Positions 39,525-51,720 of a DNA stretch of 64,000 bases are shown here, in pieces (position 1 is the first letter of the stretch; every line of letters begins with the position of its first letter). Location: contig JANJGN010000035.1 in NCBI GenBank assembly GCA_026770705.1, positions 7,068,001 to 7,132,000 on the forward strand. Direction: 5' to 3'. The notes under the pieces are model-generated. The model did no database searches. It was not told the origin of the DNA and saw only the letters and a program-made list of their open reading frames with translations. The translations under genes were made by a program, and so were the position numbers. The DNA is from Isurus oxyrinchus (lineage: Eukaryota).

Positions 39525-42500
39525 TTGTAGTGGGTAGGCATTAGAGAGTTGACTTTGATCGAATTAGTTAGAATCCATTATTTGACTATGCTGAGTTAAT
39601 GCACTGTTGTTAATGGTAATTGAGCATACTTGTGAATTCAACTGCGAAACCTAACTTTGGTTAGAGTGCTGCTTGCACTTAAAGCGTAAATAGTGGCTTT
39701 CCCAACAGTCTTTTGTGTCGTTACTTAGTAAACTGGAATGGTCGATTTAGTGCTACCTATCAACAGCCTCTCCACTTTTTAACAATGAAACGCATATGCA
39801 TATCTTCTTTGCTGCAGAAGAATATTCTCTACAGGGAAATCCATTTATTTATCCACGTATGCTCTTTCAATATGACCAAGCAAATGTATTTTCCGCAAGA
39901 GTTACATTGTTTCTTCCTGAAACTATTTATTGCATCGTTACCCATCTTCGTCGTTGTAAACCTTTTACAATTTATGATATATTGCAGCATAGAAAAGGTT
40001 TTACCTCACATCATTCTGGTATTTATTATCTTGAAATTTAAATCCATTTACCCATGATGTTCTAGTAGTAGCGACTGAGCATCAAGACCTATGTACTTAT
40101 TCTATTGAAAATTGTAATATTCGTATGTGTTTCTTATCTAAACCCAAAATCCTTTACTCCACTGAAAATACTCAGAACTCCTCCACTTAACTTTGTAATC
40201 ATCTGACACCGCTCCTGGAACATATCAGATGCTTAATCTGCACCATTCCACGTACGTTCACATCCTTTCTGAAATGTCGTTGTCCGACCTGGACGCAGTT
40301 ACATAATTAGAGACAACACAGAACTTTCTTGCTTGCAATAAAATGTTCAATGCCTCTGTGCTGGATGTGTCAATGTATGAAGCGCTATGTCACGATGTGC
40401 TTTACTAATCGTCTCTCAGTAAGTCCTGCCAACTCAAATGTCATGCAATAATACTACCATACCACATTGTCTCTGAATAAACCTTAAAATTGTGCAACAT
40501 TAGTTCTCTCCCAAACACTCTTCCCAAATGGCATCGCCTCACAATTTTCAATGTTATCTTTCATCTGCCACGTCTTCCATTTCTGTGTGTTTCAGTTCTG
40601 TTGCAATTGTTTCTATAAGCTGCACCTGCAACATCACTTTAGAAACACCTCTCTGTTTCTAGCTGGCATTCCAATTCGAGGCCTTGTATTATATATTCTT
40701 ATTCAAGCTGATTCTTTACCAAGAGCATGGATTTTGATTATAATTCTTTAATGTAGAACCGAATAATCAATTAGATTGACTATTCATATTGTTGTCTATA
40801 AACTCGTACTCGACCCTCTTAATTAATTGATAACTCTACCAGCATATGCCACGTTAGTTCCTGATTATCGTGCTCAAACTGTTCACACCACTGATGTTAA
40901 ACAAAATAACTCTTTGTTACTAGAAATGATGACACAACTAGACATAAAGTTAATAACATCTGACGAGCTTCACCTGCATGTAATGCATATTTTATGAAAA
41001 TTTTAATAATTTTGCAGTTGTCTATAATTAAATTGCGACACATTATGAAAATGATACTTATATATTATAAGTATAGCTAGCCATCCCAGACCAATTTTTC
41101 TTTCAATATTCAGGCGATCCATTCCCAGAGCGAATATCATTTATTATATCATTCAAATATCATTTCCAAAGTAAACACCAATATAATATTATAATTATGA
41201 AATGTAATCTTGTACTCTACCTCCATTCACATTGCATCCTCTTTTCCGTCTGAGCACCTGCCTCAGATTCTTCCAACCTGCTGTAATTTGAATGTTGTGA
41301 GAACATTTTTTCATTTCGTTCCACTTCATGATAAATGGCATTCACTTCTTAGAATATCTGTTAGGTATCCTTAATCATGCCCTTGAGTTTCTGGCTCAGT
41401 TTTAGCATTTGGCCTGGTTCTCGCTTTCAAAAATCACGTGAAATGCATTGTGCGCCCGTTTTTTTTATTGAATGATACTTATGGTACATTATTAAACACA
41501 AACATTCGTTCAGTTTTACTCGTGGCAGATTGCTCTACAGCCCAGAGAAGTATAGTCTATCATCATAAGAACCGTGCTTTTGATTGTCCGTTCTTTTTCT
41601 CCACTAATTTTCTTACCGAGTAATCTGACGGCCATTGTTACTGAAAGAATTGCCCAACTGTGAGTCAGTCCCAATGGTGCTCCTCTTTCCCCAGAAATAG
41701 CAGCTGCGCCAATATTTGTTTCCTAGATGTAACAAGAACGCATTAATCAAGGAGGTTAAAACTAACACCTCTTACTTTTTCCTTTAGAACTAAACTTTTT
41801 TTTTTCATACGGCTCTTACTGGAAGATCTAAAACTTAATTAAGGATATGCAGTTAAAGATGTCCAATTCTTTTTTTTTTCTCTCACTCAATCAGGCTGCC
41901 TCGGTATTCATTGCAGGTTGTAAAGATTTTTTTTTAAAAAGAGGCAACTTTCCAGCCCATCCCTTTCGAATAATTCACAGGGATTAGGATACAGAAAATA
42001 GCATGGATAGTCTTTTTTTCTTGTGCCGAATGCATTATTTGTCCCAATATGGCAGAAAGGCAATTTTACAATGAACTGTGAATCTGTCACGAAAGAGAAC
42101 TCTTAAATCATATCTCCGACCTGGCCTTTGGGAGCTCTTGCACATTCCACTTTACTCCAGTGTTTAATCTCATTTCCTTTCCTTTCTCACCCGTTTGCTT
42201 TTGCGTAGGTTTTAGTGGCCATGGGTGTTTTAGGTTCATATGTAATTCGACGAATTGACTTAATCTCCCAGCTTTCATCTCTCCTTAATTTTCTGTTGAT
42301 TGGATATCCTTAAATCACTGTGGTCCCTTGATGCTTCTGCCATTGACTTCCAAGCAGAAAGGTGTGAAATAATTTTCACATTTTTTAACCCAATTCCAGT
42401 CTAAACACAGTGATTTTTGAAAGCGAATTTCAGCCGTTTAAGAACTCTGCAACCTCCTCTCAATTAAATTTTATTATAAATGGTTTTGCCGTAATCATTG

Positions 42501-42673
42501 ATATGAATGTTATTACAACGGAAATTGGGGCTATTTTTATTTACCTTCTTTATTGTGCGTCCTGCCGGTGGAATTTTAAAGACGTTTTGCTGGTTCCTTT
42601 TGGCAATTGCCTTAATGAATGCGCTCACAAACTCTCAGTATCAATAATTGTGTTTCAAACTTGCACTAATCAG

Positions 42674-42821
42674 ATTCAAGACGTGAATGCTCCACCGGAA
42701 TTTAAGCCCCATAGGATTAGAGGCGATATCAGCACGTTCAAAGACACCATGAATGAATCTCAGGAAATAAGACTGCAAGGAAAGAGTGACAACAGTGTTG
42801 AAGGAATCAGGACCAGTTCCG
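42674..42821 (+). CDS. Exon B4 (148 nt, phase 0->1), apparently intact; unknown hydrophilic repeat protein
   Basis: CTAATCAG| ... TCCG|GTGAGA. Reads IQDVNAPPEFKPHRIRGDISTFKDTMNESQEIRLQGKSDNSVEGIRTSS with no stop. Expression not shown. Confidence 0.5.
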
Positions 42822-44160
42822 GTGAGATGATGTTTTCTTTGAACTGATGAATCCACCAAGATGGATCAACAATGCAGGAAATATCACGTGGTAGTTTCAG
42901 TCTGTTTTCATTCTGTTGTCGCTTTTGGCTCGACTGAGTAGTTTAATGGTTACCCATAGCTTTGAGGTAGAGCATGTTTTATGTGCTGAGAAAGATTTAG
43001 ATTTGGTGTCTTGACTCCGCAACAAAGATTACATTCAAACATGGCTCAGCCGTATCTTTATCTTTTGCTTTCTCCACCTAACAGCCTATTCCATCAGGTT
43101 GCCTGATAGTCATGAGCCATTTGGCGGCATATGCAAAAGCTTGCTCTGAAGTTGTGCACACGGCTACATTTTTTCCAATATGAAAAAGGACATGGAGGGC
43201 ACACAACGGGCATTCATCGTTTGGCACCGGATTTCTGGGCGAGCCCATCTGATTCTCCTGATACTTGTTTTTCTCACACTTGCACCAGAAATAATCCACC
43301 GCTTTGTCCTTTAATATGCCAACTGTCCGCACTCTTTATCAACATTCCTCCAACTCACATTGACCACACACAACTCTCCGTTTTGGGGCCGACACACAAT
43401 CAGTCGACAACAGAATGTGCATGTATACGCTAATATGTTAATGCCTCCACGAATCTATGTAAATGAGGATCAACTATATCGTCCTATTCCAAGCTTCTCG
43501 TGTTCCAACAACAGGAGATATTTAATTTTGTTCTTCCAAGAGAAAAACAGAGTCTTTTTTGTTTGATTGTCATACAGTCTTGGCTTTTAACAAAAAGATT
43601 AGGCGCATATTGATCCTACCTATGTCGGTAGTGGCCACAATAATTTGATTTTTGAAAGATATTATAACAAAACTCTTTTTCCTACGACCGCATTTCAAAT
43701 ATCCTCAAAAAGCCATAATTTCAGTTCATTGTCTTGAATTTTCGCGCTATCTGAGACGTAACATTTTTCAGACATTGTCCTTCTATGTCTGATTGTGTTT
43801 GAAATCTTTATCATCACGTGCGCGTAAGATTGGTTAGATGCAATACCTACTATGCCGTGCAATCCATTACAAGGAAACCCTTTTTAAATGACAGGTAAAT
43901 AGGTTGAACAAACAAAAAGTTGATCATATCAATGATATATGGATTGTTGGACTGATAATTTGGAAAACGATAGGCGAGCCAAATAGGCATGCTGCATAGT
44001 AAATAGCGAAATTAGCATGCTCATTTGTAATTTGACTTTTCCTTTCCTTGTTCTGTTTATTTGATATTGAGCAACTGAATCACTTGTTCGGTCTCAAATG
44101 TCTTCTCAGTTACTATAATAATTCTGATGTTTTTGTTCTAATTCTTTTTCAAATTCAAAG

Positions 44161-44327
44161 ATGATATTAGACATAAAATACTTGATTTGACTGGCTCTCA
44201 GACTCCTCGATTCAATGATGCAGAATTTCATTATAAGGGTGATCAATTACAAGGAAGAGAGGGACTTGTGGATAACAGAAGCGCCGAGGAGCTTGAAAAG
44301 GGACAATCCCATCAAAAAGAAAATGAG
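44161..44327 (+). CDS. Exon A5 (167 nt, phase 1->0), apparently intact
   Basis: TTCTTTTTCAAATTCAAAG| ... GAAAATGAG|GTATAT. Reads DIRHKILDLTGSQTPRFNDAEFHYKGDQLQGREGLVDNRSAEELEKGQSHQKENE, in frame with B4. Expression not shown. Confidence 0.5.
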
Positions 44328-47110
44328 GTATATTGGGCATACAATAGATATTTAACTACAACTGAGCTGGCTAGAAGTATATTGTTTATCTGCACTACGT
44401 GTATGCAGTTTGTACTGAAGAGTTGTTGAGCATAGTAATAACTTCAACTTCATTCCTACCTTAGGTTCTTGTTCAACTCAAAGGTGAAATTTAAGTGGTA
44501 GCTTTCACCACAATTATCTGCGCCGTCACTCTGTGAAATGCAATTTGAATTGCTCCAATAAAATTATTTAACCCATTTAGTACTTGTGATCAACAATCCC
44601 TGCACTCAATATCCATAAGACATATGTGGATAGCATCATTGCAGCACCGAAGGTCTCTTGACATAGAAATCCATTCAGTCCTCCAGCTTGCTCCATCAAT
44701 TTGGCTCTGTGAATGTATGCACATCGAGTGATATCCCGTTTCCTACTGATATTACTGAGCGCCACGATTGCCAACACCCTCGTTATCAATGTTTTACAGG
44801 TTATGACGAACTGCAGAATAACAGCAATTTTATTCACATTATTCAGCTACTTCTTGCTGAGACCTTTAAATCTGGTTACCTAGTGGTTCTAGCAACTGCT
44901 AATGAGTTTTACTTTTTATTTATTGATCTCAGCTAAAACTGTAAAGGTCGCACATTTCTCTTATTACGTTTGAATATCTTTAGGCCAACGAAATTAACCC
45001 ATGCCTCCCCAACATAAATTTGTAACTATATTCTGCTGCCCTTGGAATAAATGACAAATTCCCTGTAGTACCTTTCAAATGTCTTCACATACTTCCTAAA
45101 ATGTATTTGCCTGAACTGGATGCAGTAAACTACTTGAAATCTAACCGGACCTTTCTTACGTCCAAGAATACTTCAAAGATTTTGTAACCAGCATGGCTAT
45201 TTAGAAAGCGCTAAATTCTCATATACTTTGCTAATTGCTCCTCAATAAATGCAGCCAACTTCAACAACATGTATCTATACTAGCGGACCACTTTGCCCCT
45301 GAATACTCTGTTAACACGAACAACGTAATTACTCTCCCTATTCCTGTTACCAAAATGCATCATCTTGCAATTTTCAGTATTCATTTTCATCTGCCTCATG
45401 TCTTCCATTTCTGTTCGACTCAGTCCTTTTGCGAATCTTTCTATACACCACACCTGTTACATTACTTTAAAACCAACAGTATGGTTCAAACTTCCTTTCC
45501 AGTACAAGGCTCAATATAATATAATCTTATTACAACTGATATTGACAATTCTATATCACGAACTTTGATTTTATTTACTAGTTTTTAATGTGGTTTCAGG
45601 TAATCAATTGGAATAGCTGGCCTTTATAAATAAGTGCTCGAGCGTCTTAAGTAATTGAAACCCCCAAGGAGTTTTGCACTTTAATTCGTAATTATAGTAT
45701 TGTACCCTTCACACCACTGATGTTAAAGGACATAATTTAATGTTACTAGAAATAATTTTACACACATTTGCGAAGATGTTAATAACACTTGGTACGTTTC
45801 AACTGCTTAGAGCATATGGTTCATTGCCTATTACTAGACTGGGAGGCTAAAGGTAAAGGAGACTTATTTACTCTCTGCATGGCTAGCCATTCCAACATAG
45901 TTTTAGCTAATACTCATACAAGCCGTTCTGACAACCATCTCCACTTCTGAAGACAGTAATATCATTTTTTTTTCAGATGTAAACCGCAATAAATAATCTT
46001 ACCGTGTTCCCTTCCTCCATGCATGTTTCGCCCTTTTTTCCCTCTTAACACCTCCCTTCCAACCTGCTAATTATATATGTGTTGTGAGGACAGTTTTTTT
46101 TTTCCCTATTCCTTTCATGTTATATGCCTTCCAACTTCAACATTATCTATAGGCATTATTTTATCACACCCTTCACTTCCAATCTCATGATTCGCATTTG
46201 ACCTTGATTTGTGTTGATCAATAATGTTCATACAAACATATATTGGTGTTTTCCCATTCCAGTGAGCCATCTTTGATATGTGTTTTTCAGGAAGACCTAA
46301 AATATAATTGGTAATAAAGCGTTAAAAGTGAATCTGCTTTTGTATGCCAGGCCGCCTTAGTATTCATTGCAGCCTGTATAGATGAATAAAAAGACAACTT
46401 TCAGGCGCTGTTCATTCCAATATTTCCTTGGGATTAGGACACAGGCAATAATCGGTGTACAATGCAAGCATTTTGTTGATGTCACGAACAAGTACTGTGG
46501 CCGATTTATCCCAAAAATTTAAAAACTTACATTGAGTTGTAACTTTTTCTACATTCCAAAATCTTAAACCATATCTCTGGCATACTGTTTAGGAGCTATT
46601 GCGCATTCAAATTTAATTCAGTGTTTAGTCACATTTAGTTTCCTTTCTCACCAATTGTTTTTATCTTGGGGCTATGGATGTTTTACGGTCATATTTATTC
46701 TGACGACTTTACGTAATATCCCTGATTCATCTCTCCCAGGTTTTACTTTGATTCATTATCAGTAATTTACCGTTCAACATTTGATGGCTCTCTGTCTGAC
46801 TTCCATGCAGGAACTCGTCAAATATATCTGCGTAAAAACATGTCCCCAGAGCAAAAGGAGGTTTTTGAAAACGATATTCAGCCTGTTAGGAACGCTACCA
46901 TTCTTTTCACTACAAAGATTTTATCAACAAATGTGTTTCAATCACTGTTATGAATGTCATTATTAGGAGAATTGGGAAGGCTGTACCTTCGAAATCATGC
47001 ATCCTACCTGTTGCACTTTTCAGTTGTTTTGTCTACATCTATGGGGAATTGCGTTAATCAGTAACTGACAATGCAATGTCAATTAGTGTTATCAATTTTG
47101 CTGTTATCAG

Positions 47111-47256
47111 GCACGAGGTGAATGTTCCGCCATCAAGTAAGCTGCGTGTGAATAGCTGCCATATCGTCGCATTCAATGACACCATGAGTGACGCGCTAGA
47201 AGAAATGGTGCTAGGAACTATTGCCCACCCTTTCGGAGGAATGAGAGGCGCATACA
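47111..47256 (+). pseudogene. Exon B5 (146 nt), 2 nt short at the acceptor end
   Basis: TTATCAG|G CAC GAG GTG ... TACA|GTGAGA. HEVNVPPSSKLRVNSCHIVAFNDTMSDALEEMVLGTIAHPFGGMRGAY is open but out of phase with A5. Confidence 0.68.
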
Positions 47257-48527
47257 GTGAGATTATGTTTCTTTTTTAACTGAAATATCCATCAGTATGA
47301 GGATACAATGCAGCATACAACCTCTCATGGTTTCAGTCTTGCCTCAGGCTGTTGTAGTTTGCGGCTAGACTGAGAGGTTTAATTATTATCTGTATCGTTG
47401 AGTTAAAACATTTTATGTGTGCAGCGGATTCTTCAGATTTGATGATTTGACTCTGCAACAACGCTTACATTTATGCATCATTCAAAAATGTCTTTTTCCC
47501 GTGATTTCTCCAACTAACAGCGTATTACATCAGATTGTCCGATTGCAATGAGACACTTGGGGGCGTATGTTTAAGCTCCGTCTAAATATAGACACATGAT
47601 TATATGTTTTTGCAATTCGAAAAATAACCACACGACGCGCATTCATCAGGCAGCGACACTTTAAATCCAAAAGGATTTGGCGAGGGTGATCTGGTCTTTC
47701 TCTCTGATTCTCCTTTTACCTGCTTCCCTCCCTCTTACAGCAGACCACTCCAAAGCTTGGTACTTGGATTTTGAAACGTATTACCATCCTTGCAATTCAC
47801 GTTGACCAAAAGCAGCTATCCATTCCGATGTCCATATTCAAGCAAGGGATACGCCTCAGGCTGCACTGGAGTATTGTTTGAACCTGCAGTAGAGTGCATC
47901 ATTTGCGATTTGGTATTTCAAGACCTTTAAGTTTTAAATTAAGGGTAAACCTATATCTAAAGTTGACTTTCTTTATAAATTTAACAATAACTTAAAAGCG
48001 GCTGCTAGGTTTTGAAAAAGATGCATTTTGGCCCGGCCTTTCAACAGGCCTGAACCATGCTCTGCTTGCTTTTACAATTAGATAGTGGTTTTATCAAGTT
48101 TTTAGAAGCTAGGTTACTTGAGTCTAAAAGTAGGCTATTTAATAGTCTGACTTTGTCGGCACTGGGGTGCTCTGTTTAATGCCTTAGAGTGTTTCACTTG
48201 GAGGTTCGTGATTGAGGGAGTTTGGTGAGATGCGTCGAGGTGCTCCTATTGTTTGCTACCTTTGTTCAGGAAGAAGAGCGGTGGCCTTGGTAAGTATAAA
48301 CTGGTGGGTAAACTGTAAAAATTACATATATTGTTATGGTTTTGTTCATGGATTTAACTGACAAGTGGCATGTTGAAGGAAAATTAATTGTGGATATAAT
48401 AAGGTAATATAAATAACAAAAAGTAAGAAAAAGCTGACAACATAGAAGTAGATTTAATGTGTGGCAGCATGGCTCAGTCAAGTAGAGTGTGTACTATCTG
48501 ACCACACGTGAAGGAAGCATTATTGAA

Positions 48528-49809
48528 AATAAAACTAACAGGTCCAGATTTATGGATGGCTGCAGAGATGGTGCAGGATAGAGGGCTTTAGATTTCAAGG
48601 GCATTGGGTGATTTTCTTGCTGTGATGGAAACTACACAGTGAGGGCGAAAGCATCTGACCGGGATGGGATCATCTTTCTTGTGGGGAGGATTGCTAGTGA
48701 TGTTGGGGACAGTTAAAAATATCTTGGCAGGGAGATGGGCCCCGGATGGGAGGCTCAGCAGGGGGAGATGCACAGCTAAAATAAGATGAGAGAGCGAGTG
48801 AGTCTGAAAGGCATATAAATTGTAGGTCAGTAAAGGCACAAATGAATTTGGCTTGTTTGGCTGTTATATTTTTATTAATGCACGGAATCTGACGACTAAG
48901 GTAGATGATTTGAGTGCATAAATTAACACCTGGATGTATAATGTCATTATCATCACAGAGACATTGCTGAGAGAGGGCCAGTTTTGACAGAACAATATTC
49001 TAGGATATAGGGTATTCAGTTGAGACATGGAAGAAGGACAAGGAGGATTGTGTATCTCAATATTGATCAAGGAATCAAATAGAGCAGTAAGAAGGGAAGA
49101 CATATTAGAAGGCTCCTCAAACGAAGCATATGGGTAGAACTTAAAAACAACAAAAAAAGAAAATTCACATTGCTGGGAGTGCACTCTATGCTCCCAAACA
49201 TTCATAGGGAAATAGAGCAAAGGTAAGCAAATTTCACAGAAGTGTGAAGACAATATGGCAGTAATAGAAGGCTATTTTAACTTCGCCAACATTAGTTGGT
49301 TTAGTCATAGTGTGATAATTTTAGAAGGTGCGATATTTTTTAAAGTTCGTCCAAGAGAGTTGTATAGCCCGTACTTAGATGGCACTACAAGAGAGGTATC
49401 GCTCCTGGACTTAATTGCCTGGAATGACGCCAGACAATTGTTAAATGTACCAGCACGGGGTTATTTCGCAGATGGTGATCCGTTAGATTAAAGGTTGCAA
49501 TGGAAAAGGACCAGGATGGGCGAGAAATCCGCTTTCTAAACTGGGGGAAGTCAGATATTGATAATATCAGATACAATTTTGACTAGAGTGGACTTGAGCA
49601 GCTAGCTTTAGGTAAATGTGCATCCGAGCAGTGGAAATGATTCAAAAAAGAAATGAAGAAAGTGCTGCACCATCATATTCCAATATGGCACCAACAACCC
49701 AGGAAACCCTGGATGCACAGATATATACAGCTTTTCATAAAGGGGAAAATGGTGACTTATGGCGGATACGCGAGGGCTCAAACAGTGGAAGCCCGAGAAG
49801 AGTACAGAA

Positions 49810-49853
<44 letters not shown>

Positions 49854-51720
49854 TGTTTGTGGGGGAGGGATGAGCTGAAACTAAAATAACATTTTCAGAA
49901 GAAAAAGGGGGTATTGGAAAACCTTGGCAGTTACAATAAAGGAAAATCCAGAGCTTTTTTCCAAGAGCATTAAAAGTAACTCGATGCCATGGTAAAGAGT
50001 AGGGCCTATTAATTACTGGAAATGTAAGTTGTGTGCAGCTAGAGAACGTGGTTAGCTTTCTAATGCATATTTTGTGTCATTTCCTACAAGCGAGAGGGAT
50101 GACATGGATTTCGAAATCAGGCAGAAGGACTGTGATATAATTTTAACATTTCTAAGTAACCTGGCAGGCTTAAAAATAATTAAATCTTCAGGCCCGATTA
50201 AATGTTTTCAATGGTGTGGAATGAGACAAGGGAATTGATAGCATGGGCGTTGGCAATAATTATTAATGTCCGTCTGGCCACAGGACAGGTGCCAGAGCGC
50301 AGCAGGACAGCCAATGTAGCGTTGCTATTCAGGAAGGGAGGAAAGGATAAATTAGGGTATTACCAGCCATTTAGTCTTGACTAAGTTTTGTGGACACTAT
50401 TGGATGCATTTCTTTGAGACAGTAATAATCTACCTTTGGAGAGGCAGGTTTGAAGCAAGAACAGTGAGCATTGTTTTGTTAAGGGGAGGTCATGTGTGAC
50501 CAATTTGACTGGATTTTACGAAGAGCTGACCAAATGTGCAGATGATAGAGATGCATTTGCGCTAGTCTACTCGAACTTGATCAAGGATTTTGATCTGGTA
50601 CCGCATGTGAGATTGATAATACAAGGAAGCGACCATGGGATCAAAAGCAGTTTGGCAAATTGCAGCCAGAATTGGCTTAGTAGCAGGACGCACATGGTGC
50701 CTGCGTCCAGGAGAGTTCCAAAGGCATCGGGATCGGGTCACTTGTTGTTTGTGGCATACAAAAACGAATTAGAATTGAATGTAGGAGGGCTCTCCAGTAC
50801 GTTCCCCGCTAACAGGAACATCGGAGGGGTAATAAATAATGGAGAGGGTACCCTTAGAGTCCAGGAGAGTAAAAGCACATTGTTTATGTGGGCTCAACAA
50901 TAGGAAGTGCAATTTAGCAAGGACAATAGTGATGTGATAGCCTTGCGCATGACAAGCAAGTCACAGGAGGAAAGGACGAATGGTAGGACTGTGTGAAGAA
51001 CCGATCGTCAGAGGGGCGTTGGTTTGCATGTCCAACGGTCCCATAAGCTAGCGGGACAGATAGATAAGTTAGTTAAGAAAGCATATGGGATACCTGCCTT
51101 AATTAGACGAGGCACAGTGTGTAAGAACAGAGAGGTTATGATGGGACTGCGTAAAATGCTGGTTATGCCGCAGCTAAAGCTTTGCATGCAGTTCTGGAAT
51201 CCTCATTACACGATGGATGATATTGCACAAGAGAGATTGCAGATGAGGTTTCCTGTGATGTTGCCTTGGCTCGATAGTTTTAATTATGAGGAGAGATTGT
51301 ATAGCTTGGAATTATTTTCCTTGGAGCGGACGAGTTTGAGAGGGTACATGGTCGAGGTGTATAAAATTAAGAGGTACATTGATCAGGTAGACAGGAAAGA
51401 ACGTTTCGCTTGTTGGAGAGATCAATAACATGCCGACAGTGATTTACGGTAAAGGGGCAGGAGGCAGAGTGGAGATGTGAGGAAGAATACTTCTCACCCA
51501 GAGGGTGGTGGGCAAGTGGAACTCCCTGTCTGAAAGGGTGGTGCAGGCAGAAACCCTCATACCATTTTAGACGTATTTGGATGTGCACTTGCGATGCAAT
51601 GACGTAGAAGGCTATGGACCTAGTGCTGGAAAAGATTAGCTTGGACTTGTTTCACTGGCGCAGACCCGACGGGGCGATGTGCCTTGACCTATGCTGTAGA
51701 CCTGTATGAATGCATGATTC
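48528..51720 (+). mobile_element. 5'-truncated CR1-type LINE nested in ORF1 of the outer CR1
   Basis: ORF1 C-terminus, then endonuclease FINARNLTTKVDDL...IITET at ~48870, RT-region ORFs (ANVALLFRKGGKD; FDLVPH; QFWNPHY...NYEERL) and 3' tail CTGTATGAATGCATGATTC. Confidence 0.88.
49812..49852. repeat. (TG)n microsatellite inside CR1 ORF2
   Basis: About 20 perfect TG units. Confidence 0.97.

Larger units (their letters stand above)
38900..43500 (+). repeat. Tandem duplication unit 4 (contains A4 and B4)
   Basis: Colinear anchors; A-B spacing 3322 bp. Confidence 0.88.
43640..47845 (+). repeat. Tandem duplication unit 5 (contains A5 and B5); continues at ~55510-56340 after a LINE insertion
   Basis: Colinear anchors; A-B spacing 2950 bp, with a deletion near ~46.2 kb. 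CCATATTCAAG at ~47833 and GAATTTATGTAAACGAGGATCG at ~55535 correspond to near-adjacent motifs in unit 1 (19501-19583). Confidence 0.87.

Noticed and set aside
14330-47845. Tandem units as shark immunoglobulin/TCR clusters
   Set aside because: The exon peptides lack the Ig-fold Cys/Trp pattern, and I did not see CACAGTG heptamers paired with nonamers at 12/23-bp spacing (checked by eye, not exhaustively).
14330-47845. Repeat units as an assembly artefact or satellite DNA
   Set aside because: The copies are strongly diverged, with private insertions and deletions, and contain exon-intron structure.
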